Of a stretch of DNA of 64,000 nt, positions 37,066 through 45,978 are shown piece by piece. The stretch's first letter is position 1, and every line of letters begins with the position of its first letter. The DNA comes from a virus. The stretch lies in the IMG/VR virus record IMGVR_UViG_3300044632_001218; one strand, 5' to 3'. The notes under the pieces are model-generated. The model ran no database searches. It saw only the letters and a list, made by a program, of their open reading frames with translations, and was not told the origin of the DNA. Made by a program: the position numbers and the translations under genes.

Positions 37066-38168
37066 TGAAAAATACGAAAATTTGTTTGAATATGATGGTT
37101 GGTAATGAATCTCATATCATTACTAGAGTTCTTGAGTCTTGCTATAATCACATTGACTATTGGGTTATCCAATGTAATGGCACTGATAATACGCAACAAA
37201 TTATAGAAAAGTTTTTTGAAGAAAAAAATATTCCAGGATATTGTTATAATGTTGAGTGGCAATATCCTGGTTGGAATAGTGATCATTTAATTCAAGAATG
37301 TTATGATGCAAATCACCAGTGTGATTGGTTGTTTAGAATTGATGCAGATGAAGAACTTTTAGTAGATGATGATTTTGATTGGAGTGTATTTGAAGATACC
37401 TCAATTCAATCTTGGGATGTTGTTGCTACCACTGGAGATTCATCCTGGTTAAGAAATAGAGTTTGGAATGCTAATTTTTCTTGGAGATTTAAGCACGATA
37501 AAAGACATGAGTGTATCATTCTTCCTGGATGTGGTCCAACAGGAGAAGAATTTCAAAGAGTTCTTTTGGACAAAGGGTTTAGGCATTTTATCAGAAGTGA
37601 AGGAGATACTTATACAAGTCCAACAAAATTTGTAGTAGATGCATTAGAACTTGAACAACAGCATGTATCTAAAGGTTCTTTATTGTCAGACCCTTATCAT
37701 TTCTTTTATATTGGAAAAAGTTATAGCGATTGTTATGGTGTAGATGGTCTTCCTTTGGGATATGAACATCAAAAAGAATATGCAAGAAGATGTATTTTTT
37801 ACTTTACTGAGTATATAAAAAACTTTTATAATGGTAATGAGAATGAAATGATATATTATTCTCAATATCTTATAGGTAGTGCTTATAGATTTTGTGGAGA
37901 GCATGATATAGCAATTGAAGAGTATATGAAATGCACCCCACTTTGTTTAAGTAGAAATGAACACTTTTGTGGCCTAATTGAATTGTATTTATATAAAGGT
38001 GAGTATGAAAATGCTTATGTCTATGCTTCTATGTTAATGCAAGAAGACAGAAAAAATCCTTTTCCAAGAATTGGATTTTTGATCCACAATCAATGTTATT
38101 ATGATACTGGAACATATGTAAAAGTATTGTTTGATCAAGCAAAAGAAAAGTTAGAATCTATTAGTTGA
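37062..38168 (+). CDS. GT2-like glycosyltransferase with C-terminal TPR-like helices
   Basis: CLNMMVGNESHIITRVLES, WLFRIDADE, FYIGKSY. Confidence 0.75.
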   Translation: MMKNTKICLNMMVGNESHIITRVLESCYNHIDYWVIQCNGTDNTQQIIEKFFEEKNIPGYCYNVEWQYPGWNSDHLIQECYDANHQCDWLFRIDADEELLVDDDFDWSVFEDTSIQSWDVVATTGDSSWLRNRVWNANFSWRFKHDKRHECIILPGCGPTGEEFQRVLLDKGFRHFIRSEGDTYTSPTKFVVDALELEQQHVSKGSLLSDPYHFFYIGKSYSDCYGVDGLPLGYEHQKEYARRCIFYFTEYIKNFYNGNENEMIYYSQYLIGSAYRFCGEHDIAIEEYMKCTPLCLSRNEHFCGLIELYLYKGEYENAYVYASMLMQEDRKNPFPRIGFLIHNQCYYDTGTYVKVLFDQAKEKLESIS

Positions 38169-38193
38169 CATTTTATTATGTGTAATGTATAGT
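38165..38193 (+). promoter_or_regulatory. sigma70-type promoter
   Basis: TTGACA-N17-TATAGT. Confidence 0.75.
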
Positions 38194-38210
38194 ATAAGTT
38201 AAAAGCTCCA

Positions 38211-38795
38211 ATGAAGTTTATCACAGTAAGTAATTTAAATCCTAACCCAGACAAAAGAATTTTTGTAGTAGATAATTTTTATTCTGACCCTTATGAGGTA
38301 AGAAATTATGCACTACAACAAGAATTTATAGAGGATTTGAGATATTATAAAGGTAAGAGAACAGAGGAAAAATTTTTTGTTCCTGGAACAAAAAAAGCAT
38401 TTGAAGAAATCATAGGTCAAAAAATAAATGTTTGGGATGAATATGGAATGAATGGGGTTTTTCAAACTTGTAATCCACAAGACCCATTAGTATATCATAC
38501 AGATCATCAACAATGGGCTGGTATGATATACTTAACACCAAATGCACCATTTCAAGCAGGAACATCTATGTATGCTCACAAAGAAACAAAAGCACGACAT
38601 GTTTCTGACCCTGAAATTGAATCTGCTTTTGATGGTGGATTTTATGATGGAACAAAGTTTGAACTTGTTGATTCTATTGGCAATGTTTTCAATAGGTTAG
38701 TTATTTTTAATGGCAAATGTATTCATTCTGCTTCACAATATTTTGGACAAACATTAGAAGATTCAAGATTATTTCACATGTTCTTTTTTGATTGA
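38211..38795 (+). CDS. 2OG-Fe(II) oxygenase-like protein (DUF6445-like), copy 2
   Basis: VYHTD, WAGMIYLTPNAP, NRLVIF...IHSAS, RLFHMFFFD; paralog of 35465. Confidence 0.75.
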   Translation: MKFITVSNLNPNPDKRIFVVDNFYSDPYEVRNYALQQEFIEDLRYYKGKRTEEKFFVPGTKKAFEEIIGQKINVWDEYGMNGVFQTCNPQDPLVYHTDHQQWAGMIYLTPNAPFQAGTSMYAHKETKARHVSDPEIESAFDGGFYDGTKFELVDSIGNVFNRLVIFNGKCIHSASQYFGQTLEDSRLFHMFFFD

Positions 38796-38796
38796 T

Positions 38797-40050
38797 ATGA
38801 ATTACAAGTTTAGTATTATTACACCAGAGCACAGAAAAGAAAACATTCCTTTTTTGATGGAACTTTATGAAACCATCAAACAACAAACATATACAAATTG
38901 GGAATGGATTATATACTTGAATGGTAATTGTAAAGCATCTCATCTTCCTCAAGAATTGAAAGATGACCAAAGAATTAAAGTTCGTAATGGAATCACACAT
39001 CCTAATGTTGGGTTTGTGAAAAACAGGGCATTTAGTTTGGGGTCAGGTGATATTCTTGTTGAGGTAGACCATGATGATTTACTTTCTGAGGATTGTTTAG
39101 AAGAACTTAATAACGCATTTCAAGACCAAGAAGTTGGATTTGTTTATAGCGAAGATCTTCTTTATGATATGAGAGGTGATGAATATAAGATTCCTTGGAA
39201 TCCTGAAAATGGATGGACTTATAAATGGATGAACTTCAGAGGGGAAGATTTTATTAAAATTGATATGTTTCCTGCAACAAGTCACAGCATTGGTATTATT
39301 TGGTATGCTCCTGACCATGTTCGTGCTTGGAGGAAAAAAGTATATGACCAAGTTGGAGGACACAATCCAGACTTGAATATTTGTGATGACCATGATTTAG
39401 TCATCAGAACATACTTACAAACTAAGTTCTGTTTTATTCCAAAAGTTCTTTATTATTATAGATGGTTGCCTGGAGGAGACAATACTCAACTTCAACGAAA
39501 TCAAGATATTCAAATTAAAACTTTTGAATTGTTTCATCAATATGGACAACAACTTGCAGAAAGAGATGCTGAACTAAATGGGTTGATGAAGGTTGATATT
39601 GGTGGAGGATTATTCCCAAGACCAGGATATACTACAATTGATCAGGAAGGTGCAGACATCACATGCGATTTGAATGATGGTATACCATTGCCAGATAATA
39701 GTGTTGGTGTTATCAATGCAAGTCATGTCATTGAGCATTTAAAAGACCCAATCAAAACTATGTCTGAAATTCATAGAGTTTTATGTGATGGAGGTTGGGC
39801 ATTTATTGAAGTTCCTTCTACTGATGGTAGAGGAGCATGGCAAGACCCAACACATGTAAGCTATTGGAATGAAAATAGTTTTTGGTATTACACAAGAGCA
39901 GATAAAGCACAATATATAAGAAACACCACAATTAGATTTCAAGAATTTAGACTTGAAACTACTTGGTGGGAAAACAATGTTGCAGTAACTACAGCATGGT
40001 TATGTGCCATAAAATCAGATAAAAAACGTCCACATCCAGTAAGAATCTAA
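38797..40050 (+). CDS. GT2 glycosyltransferase fused to a class I SAM-methyltransferase-like domain
   Basis: VEVDHDD, CDDHDL; C-terminal DIGGG, SHVIEHL, RVLCDGG, QDPTH. Confidence 0.8.
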   Translation: MNYKFSIITPEHRKENIPFLMELYETIKQQTYTNWEWIIYLNGNCKASHLPQELKDDQRIKVRNGITHPNVGFVKNRAFSLGSGDILVEVDHDDLLSEDCLEELNNAFQDQEVGFVYSEDLLYDMRGDEYKIPWNPENGWTYKWMNFRGEDFIKIDMFPATSHSIGIIWYAPDHVRAWRKKVYDQVGGHNPDLNICDDHDLVIRTYLQTKFCFIPKVLYYYRWLPGGDNTQLQRNQDIQIKTFELFHQYGQQLAERDAELNGLMKVDIGGGLFPRPGYTTIDQEGADITCDLNDGIPLPDNSVGVINASHVIEHLKDPIKTMSEIHRVLCDGGWAFIEVPSTDGRGAWQDPTHVSYWNENSFWYYTRADKAQYIRNTTIRFQEFRLETTWWENNVAVTTAWLCAIKSDKKRPHPVRI

Positions 40051-40054
40051 GGTT

Positions 40055-40303
40055 ATGAATTTTACAGTTTACAGCAAACATGGTTGCCCATATTGTACTA
40101 AAGTTATTCAAGTTTTGAATACTCTTAGTGTATCAAAGGGGTATTCAATAAGAGAGTATGTTCTTGGAACAAACTTTACAAAAGAAGAATTTTATAAAGA
40201 ATTTGGAGAAGGTTCAACATTCCCTCAAGTTATTTTTAATGATAAACATCTTGGGGGTTGTTCAGATACAGTCAAATACCTTAAAGAGAATAATTTGATT
40301 TGA
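40055..40303 (+). CDS. glutaredoxin
   Basis: CPYC, TFPQV, GGCSD. Confidence 0.92.
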   Translation: MNFTVYSKHGCPYCTKVIQVLNTLSVSKGYSIREYVLGTNFTKEEFYKEFGEGSTFPQVIFNDKHLGGCSDTVKYLKENNLI

Positions 40304-40482
40304 TGGACTCTATAAATAATGACAGTACTCTTCCTGTTAACAGGGGTATAGAGCTAGTCTTAAAAAGGAGGACTCCAAACAAAAAAACATTCTCAATATG
40401 TTTTGAAAGAGTGGTTATTTTTTTCAAACGAAAGATAACCATTTACTTTAATTTTTCCTTGAATGTAGGAAAACCAAAGTAA
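40303..40482 (+). CDS. hypothetical protein
   Basis: Coupled small ORF; contains an internal TATAAATA at 40311. Confidence 0.45.
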   Translation: MDSINNDSTLPVNRGIELVLKRRTPNKKTFSICFERVVIFFKRKITIYFNFSLNVGKPK

Positions 40483-40497
40483 TTTAGGAGAAACACT

Positions 40498-40722
40498 ATG
40501 TTAGCAATAACCCTTGTCTTTACTGTATTATTTGTAATAATGGCAATTGTTTTAGGTGGTTTAGTTGGTTGGACATTAAATCAATATGTCTCACAAAAAC
40601 AACCATATACTTATCATCCAGAAATGTTTGATGAAAATGGTGATGTATTAGCAGACGACCTTATAGCATTTAGATTTGAAGGTACAGAAAATATGGAAGA
40701 GGAAGAAGAAACAGAAGATTAA
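40498..40722 (+). CDS. membrane-anchored hypothetical protein
   Basis: AGGAG SD; N-terminal TM; HPEMFDENG; acidic tail. Confidence 0.7.
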   Translation: MLAITLVFTVLFVIMAIVLGGLVGWTLNQYVSQKQPYTYHPEMFDENGDVLADDLIAFRFEGTENMEEEEETED

Positions 40723-40725
40723 TTA

Positions 40726-41172
40726 ATGGAGTTGAAAATGAAGTTGCCACCAGACCAGTTGTTATCTGAGATTATTCAAAAGGTATCAAATTGTAAAACA
40801 AGAGACGAGAAAATAGAAATTCTTCGTCATTATGATTCCCCTGCTTTGAGAGCTATTTTAATTTGGAACTTTGACCAAAGAGTTCAATCTGCTCTCCCAG
40901 AAGGTGAAGTCCCATACACCCCAAATGATGCTCCAATTGGAACAGAGCATACAAGACTTGTTCAGGAATGGAGAAAGTTTAACTATTTTGTAAAAGGAGT
41001 AACTAATACTCCTCAAGCAAAAAGAGAAACTATGTTTATTCAAATGTTAGAATCTCTTCAAGAAGTTGAGGCAGAATTAATATGTCTTGTAAAAGATAAG
41101 CAATTGCATAAAAGGTATAAAGTTACTAAAGTAGTAGTTCAAGAAGCATTTCCTGATATTGTTTGGGGATAA
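40726..41172 (+). CDS. conserved T4-like hypothetical protein
   Basis: LLSEIIQKVS...LPEGEVPY...KRETMFIQMLE. Confidence 0.7.
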   Translation: MELKMKLPPDQLLSEIIQKVSNCKTRDEKIEILRHYDSPALRAILIWNFDQRVQSALPEGEVPYTPNDAPIGTEHTRLVQEWRKFNYFVKGVTNTPQAKRETMFIQMLESLQEVEAELICLVKDKQLHKRYKVTKVVVQEAFPDIVWG

Positions 41173-41173
41173 A

Positions 41174-41428
41174 GTGAAAAGTAAAATTAGAGTTATAAAA
41201 GAAAATTGTGATTTATCTGCAGCAAAAGATAAATCACTTCCTTTAGATTCTTACATTGTTGAATATGACAATGGTGATGGAGTTTGTATTGATATATCAC
41301 AAGGATTGCGAGTAGATATTTTTGACCATTATTATGATAGATATGGAAATGTTATTTCTATGAAATGGACTGATGGAAGGGTAAATCCAAAACTTTATAG
41401 CGAGCAACAAAAGAAAAAGAAAAAATAA
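41174..41428 (+). CDS. hypothetical protein
   Basis: Likely GTG start at 41174; GRVNPKLY. Confidence 0.6.
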   Translation: MKSKIRVIKENCDLSAAKDKSLPLDSYIVEYDNGDGVCIDISQGLRVDIFDHYYDRYGNVISMKWTDGRVNPKLYSEQQKKKKK

Positions 41429-41755
41429 ATGGGAAAACATTATCTACTAAATCTGTATGGTTGTTCGTTTGTTCTTCTGGATGATGAGCGCTGTCTTATA
41501 GACCTATTGGAAAATGCAGCAGCAGCAAGTGGAGCAACAGTGGTTCAGACTGTATCTAAAAAGTTTGAACCACAAGGAGTAACTGTACTCTGTTTGTTGT
41601 CTGAAAGTCACATCAGCATTCATACTTGGCCTGAAGAAGGAAAGGCTGCAGTAGATGTGTATACTTGTGGGGATTGTAATCCTAAGATTGGATGTGATAT
41701 TATTATACAGCAGCTCTATGCACAAACCCACACTCTTAGTTACATTGAAAGGTAA
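41429..41755 (+). CDS. speD: pyruvoyl-dependent S-adenosylmethionine decarboxylase proenzyme
   Basis: GKH, FEPQGVT, LSESHISIHTWPE self-cleavage motif, DVYTCG. Confidence 0.93.
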   Translation: MGKHYLLNLYGCSFVLLDDERCLIDLLENAAAASGATVVQTVSKKFEPQGVTVLCLLSESHISIHTWPEEGKAAVDVYTCGDCNPKIGCDIIIQQLYAQTHTLSYIER

Positions 41756-41785
41756 ATGCTAAATAACCCTATATGGAGACTACAT

Positions 41786-42106
41786 ATGCTCTCTACCCAG
41801 TATAGACTACGCTTAGAGGCAATTTGTGCAAAGATTGTACAACATGAAGAAGTAAGTCTAGAAGATATGATCTGGGCAGAAAAACTTTCAAGAGTTAATA
41901 GAACTGCAACAACAATGTTGAGGCAAGCAAGAAGGAAAGCAGAGAATCCTGATATGCAGGAGGGTGATTTGGACGACTTCCTCAATCAATTAGATATTGG
42001 TGGATTAGGTAACGAAAGATTTGGTGTCAATAGATTTAATAATGTAGATGATATTGTAGATTTCTTCAAAGAAGATAAACCAGAAGATTGGAGACAAAGA
42101 GACTAA
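41786..42106 (+). CDS. hypothetical protein
   Basis: MLSTQYRLRLEAIC...DMIWAEKL. Confidence 0.7.
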   Translation: MLSTQYRLRLEAICAKIVQHEEVSLEDMIWAEKLSRVNRTATTMLRQARRKAENPDMQEGDLDDFLNQLDIGGLGNERFGVNRFNNVDDIVDFFKEDKPEDWRQRD

Positions 42107-42237
42107 ACTGTATAAGTAAGTAGGCATAAATTTTTGTTAAGGAATCCTGACAAATACCATACATAATGTTAGAATTATGAGGTCATACAAATGAAAGAAA
42201 TTCTTTGTGATGATATTCTTTGTGCGTGGAGGTCATT

Positions 42238-42414
42238 ATGCACAATCTTATTTCTTACAATCAACTTGCATCTTGGAATCATTTAGAAAATACAATTAGT
42301 AAATTTACTGAGGAAAACGAATTGATGAATGATTACTTTAATTGTTTAATTGAGTGTGATAATAATCAACAACAATGTAAAAAAATCTGTAGAGAGATAT
42401 TAAAACAATTGTAA
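42238..42414 (+). CDS. small protein with a C-terminal Cys cluster
   Basis: GGAGG SD; YFNCLIECDNNQQQCKKIC. Confidence 0.7.
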   Translation: MHNLISYNQLASWNHLENTISKFTEENELMNDYFNCLIECDNNQQQCKKICREILKQL

Positions 42415-42422
42415 TGATGGTT

Positions 42423-42458
42423 GGGGGAGTTGCTCTCCCCCTTTTTTTATGTTAGAAT
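42423..42458 (+). promoter_or_regulatory. terminator hairpin overlapping a sigma70 promoter
   Basis: GGGGGAG-ttgct-CTCCCCC plus T7; TTGCTC(42430)-N17-TAGAAT(42453) with an extended TG. Confidence 0.7.
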
Positions 42459-42477
42459 ACCTGAAAAGAATTAACTT

Positions 42478-42636
42478 ATGAACAAAGAAAGAGTAAAATT
42501 AATAGTCAAAAATATGGAACTATTAATTGATTCACTTAAAAAAGAATTAAATGAAACTGAAACTGAAGATGTAGGAGAACAAATCATAACTACAATTCCT
42601 TATGTAGAAGATTATGATGAGGTATTTTCTGGATGA
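42478..42636 (+). CDS. small acidic hypothetical protein (52 aa; not in track)
   Basis: MNKERVKLIVKNMELL...EDYDEVF. Confidence 0.6.
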   Translation: MNKERVKLIVKNMELLIDSLKKELNETETEDVGEQIITTIPYVEDYDEVFSG

Positions 42637-42812
42637 GACTTAAAAAAATGTTAAAGTTGCTCAAAGAAGCAACAAAAAATAATGGGTCAATCTATACTCA
42701 AGCAGAATTAAATTATATGAATAATCAACTTGAAGTGATTGAAAGCGAATTAAAAAAATTAGAACATAGAGACTATAAAGGATTTGGAAAAAAGTATGAA
42801 ACCAATAGTTAA
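42633..42812 (+). CDS. small hypothetical protein (59 aa; not in track)
   Basis: ATGA overlap; MRLKKMLKLL...YKGFGK. Confidence 0.6.
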   Translation: MRLKKMLKLLKEATKNNGSIYTQAELNYMNNQLEVIESELKKLEHRDYKGFGKKYETNS

Positions 42813-43437
42813 ATTTGTTAGTGTAACTCCAGATGCAGAAAAGGCTATGGCATATATTGCCAGAGTTTCTAATCCATCAAATCAGGATAATGACAATTAT
42901 GCAGGTCTTCTGAAGTATTGTATTAAGCACCAACACTGGTCTGTGTTTGAGCAGTCACACATGTCCCTTGAGATTGAAACTACAAGGGGAATTGCTGCAC
43001 AGATTTTGAGGCATAGGAGTTTTACATTCCAAGAGTTTTCTCAAAGGTATGCTGATACAAATCTTCTTTCTGAACATATTCCTATCCCAGATTTGCGTAG
43101 GCAAGACACAAAGAATCGTCAAAACTCAATTGATGACATCTCTGAGTATGTAAAATTAAAACTTCAAGGAGAAATTTCAGGGCATTTTATTGCATCTAAA
43201 AATCTTTATAATCGTCTTTTGGAAGCAGGAGTTGCTAAAGAATGTGCAAGGTTTGTTCTACCTCTTGCAACACCAACAAGAATTTACATGACTGGTTCTT
43301 GTAGGAGTTGGGTACATTACATTCAACTTAGAGAAAAGAATGGGACTCAAAAAGAACATATGGATATTGCTCTTGAGTGTAAGAAAATATTCATTGAACA
43401 ATTCCCATCAGTATCAGAAGCTCTTGAATGGGTCTAA
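42796..43437 (+). CDS. thyX: flavin-dependent thymidylate synthase
   Basis: HWSVFE, QILRHRSFTFQEFSQRY, ARFVLP, TQKEH. Confidence 0.95.
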   Translation: MKPIVKFVSVTPDAEKAMAYIARVSNPSNQDNDNYAGLLKYCIKHQHWSVFEQSHMSLEIETTRGIAAQILRHRSFTFQEFSQRYADTNLLSEHIPIPDLRRQDTKNRQNSIDDISEYVKLKLQGEISGHFIASKNLYNRLLEAGVAKECARFVLPLATPTRIYMTGSCRSWVHYIQLREKNGTQKEHMDIALECKKIFIEQFPSVSEALEWV

Positions 43438-43462
43438 ATAAATTATCTTGAATTTGTAACTT

Positions 43463-43705
43463 ATGGCATTATATCCCATTATCCATGTAGAAACTGGTGA
43501 AAAAAAAGTAGTTGAAATGAGTGTTCATGACATTATGGAATGGTATAAAGACAATCCTGAATGGAAAAGGGATTGGTCTGAAGGATGTGCAACTCCAGGA
43601 GAGGTTGGTGATTGGCGTAACAAGTTAATCAGCAAGAGACCTGGATGGAATGACGTTCTCGAAAAGGCATCAAAAGCACCTGGATCACGAGTAAAAAAAA
43701 TCTAA
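43463..43705 (+). CDS. conserved hypothetical protein
   Basis: Typical position between thyX and phoH. Confidence 0.7.
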   Translation: MALYPIIHVETGEKKVVEMSVHDIMEWYKDNPEWKRDWSEGCATPGEVGDWRNKLISKRPGWNDVLEKASKAPGSRVKKI

Positions 43706-44466
43706 TGGCAAGAAACAGAAGAAGAAACACAGGAGATTCTCCTATTGGTATTGGCACTACAGCAAGAAACAGGAAAAAGAAAAAACCAATTAGTGCAGAA
43801 AGTTTAGTTGATATTCAACCATTAACTGCAAATCAAAAGATACTTTTTGAGTCTTACAAACAAGATAAGCACTTGTTTGTTTATGGTTGTGCTGGAACTG
43901 GTAAAACATTTTGTGCATTATATTTGGCACTCAAGGATGTTCTTGATGAATTAACACCATATGATAAAATTGTTATTGTAAGGTCACTTGTGTCTACAAG
44001 GGAAATTGGGTTTCTTCCTGGAGACCATGAAGACAAATCAAGTCTTTATCAGATTCCATACAAGAATATGGTAAAGTATATGTTTGAACTCTCAAGTGAT
44101 TCTGAGTTTGAAATGCTTTATGGCAATCTTAAGTCTCAAGAAACAGTTACTTTTTGGAGCACATCATTCATTAGAGGAACTACTTTAGACAACTCTATTA
44201 TCATTGTAGATGAAAGTCAGAACCTTAATTTCCACGAGCTTGATTCTATTATCACTCGTGTTGGTGATAACTCAAGGATTGTATTTTGTGGTGATGCTAC
44301 ACAATCTGATTTAACTAGAAATAACGAAAAGGATGGTATCCTAAACTTTATGAAAATTATTCAAAGAATGCCTGAGTTTGAATCAATTGAGTTTGGTGTA
44401 GAAGATATTGTCAGGTCTGGATTAGTCAAGTCTTACATTGTGAATAAAATGGCAGCTGGATTTTAA
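43705..44466 (+). CDS. phoH: PhoH-family ATPase
   Basis: GCAGTGKT, GFLPG, IRGTT, DESQN, GDATQSD, IVRSGLV. Confidence 0.95.
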   Translation: MARNRRRNTGDSPIGIGTTARNRKKKKPISAESLVDIQPLTANQKILFESYKQDKHLFVYGCAGTGKTFCALYLALKDVLDELTPYDKIVIVRSLVSTREIGFLPGDHEDKSSLYQIPYKNMVKYMFELSSDSEFEMLYGNLKSQETVTFWSTSFIRGTTLDNSIIIVDESQNLNFHELDSIITRVGDNSRIVFCGDATQSDLTRNNEKDGILNFMKIIQRMPEFESIEFGVEDIVRSGLVKSYIVNKMAAGF

Positions 44467-45143
44467 TGTTTAGACATATTGATATGAATCTTCCCAAGTT
44501 AGAAAGGGAAGAAATTGATGGGGTAAGATATTATAAACTACCTGGAGAGGATAAACTTTCCAGGTTAGTTTCTATTACATCAGTTACAAGTTTTCATAAT
44601 AGACATATTTTTGAAAACTGGCGAAAGAAAGTTGGAGAAGAAGAAGCAAACAGAATTAATAAGAAAGCAACAAGTCGTGGTACTGATTTGCACTCTTTAG
44701 TAGAAAATTATCTTCTTAATGAACATCTTCCAGAAGTTCAACCAATTTCAAATTTTCTATTCAAAATTGCTAAGGAAAAACTTGGCAACATAAATAACAT
44801 TCATGCTCTTGAAAGTTCTCTTTATAGCAAACAGTTAGGCATTGCAGGAACTGTAGATTGTATTGCTGAATATAATGGTGAACTGGCAGTCATAGATTTC
44901 AAGACATCTAAAAAACCAAAACCAAAAAATTGGGTTGAACATTATTTTGTTCAGTGTGCTGCATATGCTTGTATGTTTTATGAAATTACAGGCATCCCAG
45001 TTAAGAAACTGGTCATCTTAATGGCATGTGAAGATGGGGATTGCGTTGTCTATGAAGAGTATGATAAAATGAAGTATATTAGGTTACTAAATGATTACAT
45101 TAGAGAATTTGTTCAATCTAAACTACAAGAATATGGAAGATAA
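44466..45143 (+). CDS. PD-(D/E)xK exonuclease (T4-like exonuclease A)
   Basis: RGTDLH, AGTVDC, IDFKTS, QCAAYA. Confidence 0.85.
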   Translation: MFRHIDMNLPKLEREEIDGVRYYKLPGEDKLSRLVSITSVTSFHNRHIFENWRKKVGEEEANRINKKATSRGTDLHSLVENYLLNEHLPEVQPISNFLFKIAKEKLGNINNIHALESSLYSKQLGIAGTVDCIAEYNGELAVIDFKTSKKPKPKNWVEHYFVQCAAYACMFYEITGIPVKKLVILMACEDGDCVVYEEYDKMKYIRLLNDYIREFVQSKLQEYGR

Positions 45144-45390
45144 ATTAAAAGACGCATTAGAACTAAAGTTCCTATGTCCAGCAAAGTTTTCTCAAATCAT
45201 AGAAGAACTTGTGAAGACAAACGAAGAAATGAATTACATAGATGCTATAGTTCATTACTGCGAAGAGAATGGATTGGAAGTAGATTCTGTATCTAAACTT
45301 ATTAGCAAACCACTAAAAGAAAAAATTAAGTGTGATGCTATCAACTTAAACTTTTTGAAAAGAACATCCAGAGCTAAACTTTTGATATGA
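45133..45390 (+). CDS. g33: late-transcription coactivator gp33
   Basis: YIDAIVHYCEENGLEVDSVSKLISKPLKEKI. Confidence 0.85.
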   Translation: MEDKLKDALELKFLCPAKFSQIIEELVKTNEEMNYIDAIVHYCEENGLEVDSVSKLISKPLKEKIKCDAINLNFLKRTSRAKLLI

Positions 45391-45977
45391 CCTCCTTTGA
45401 TGCTTATAAAACTTACCTTGCACTGAAGAACCACTTTAGTAAACCAAAGTATGACTACTTCAAATATGCAGGTAAGTCCAGAGCATCAGTAGAAACATTT
45501 AACAAACGTAAAGATAAGTATTGGTTTGAGAGAATTAGTAGACAAAAAAATGACCAGGAAATAAAAGATTTCTTTGTTGCTAATTTTGTGAAAAGTGATA
45601 ATCCACAGTCAATGTGGATTGGGCAATTGATGCGTGAAGGTGAGGACTGTTATAAGGAATGGTCTAAAAGACAACAAAGTTTGTCTTACATTTTTAAACA
45701 AGAGTCAGAAGATTTGTTGTCATCAGGAACCATAGATGAGATTCTTGATGCCTCAAGGCAACATCCAATCATTCTTAAAATGTTCCTGAGCGGGAAAATT
45801 AGTATAGAAACACTAGTGGTTTGGGATAAAATTTTCCTGTTCAGGAACAATTTTGATAAGCAACTTTTGGACCCTGTGTGGGAGATAGTGTCTTTAAAGA
45901 TACAGAAGTATTCTTTGTTTCTAAATATCAGTATACAGGATTACAAAAAAATGTTGAGAAACATTGTAGAGGGGTAA
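45387..45977 (+). CDS. g59: helicase loader gp59
   Basis: YLALKNHF...YDYFKY...RKDKYWF, ISIETL. Confidence 0.88.
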   Translation: MTSFDAYKTYLALKNHFSKPKYDYFKYAGKSRASVETFNKRKDKYWFERISRQKNDQEIKDFFVANFVKSDNPQSMWIGQLMREGEDCYKEWSKRQQSLSYIFKQESEDLLSSGTIDEILDASRQHPIILKMFLSGKISIETLVVWDKIFLFRNNFDKQLLDPVWEIVSLKIQKYSLFLNISIQDYKKMLRNIVEG

Positions 45978-45978
45978 T

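Noticed and set aside
42110-42123. Second NtcA box
   Set aside because: It reads GTA-N8-TAG, not TAC.
44466-45143. Cas4-like nuclease as a sign of a CRISPR system
   Set aside because: It sits in the core phoH-exo-g33-g59 block, I see no four-Cys Fe-S set, and there is no array.
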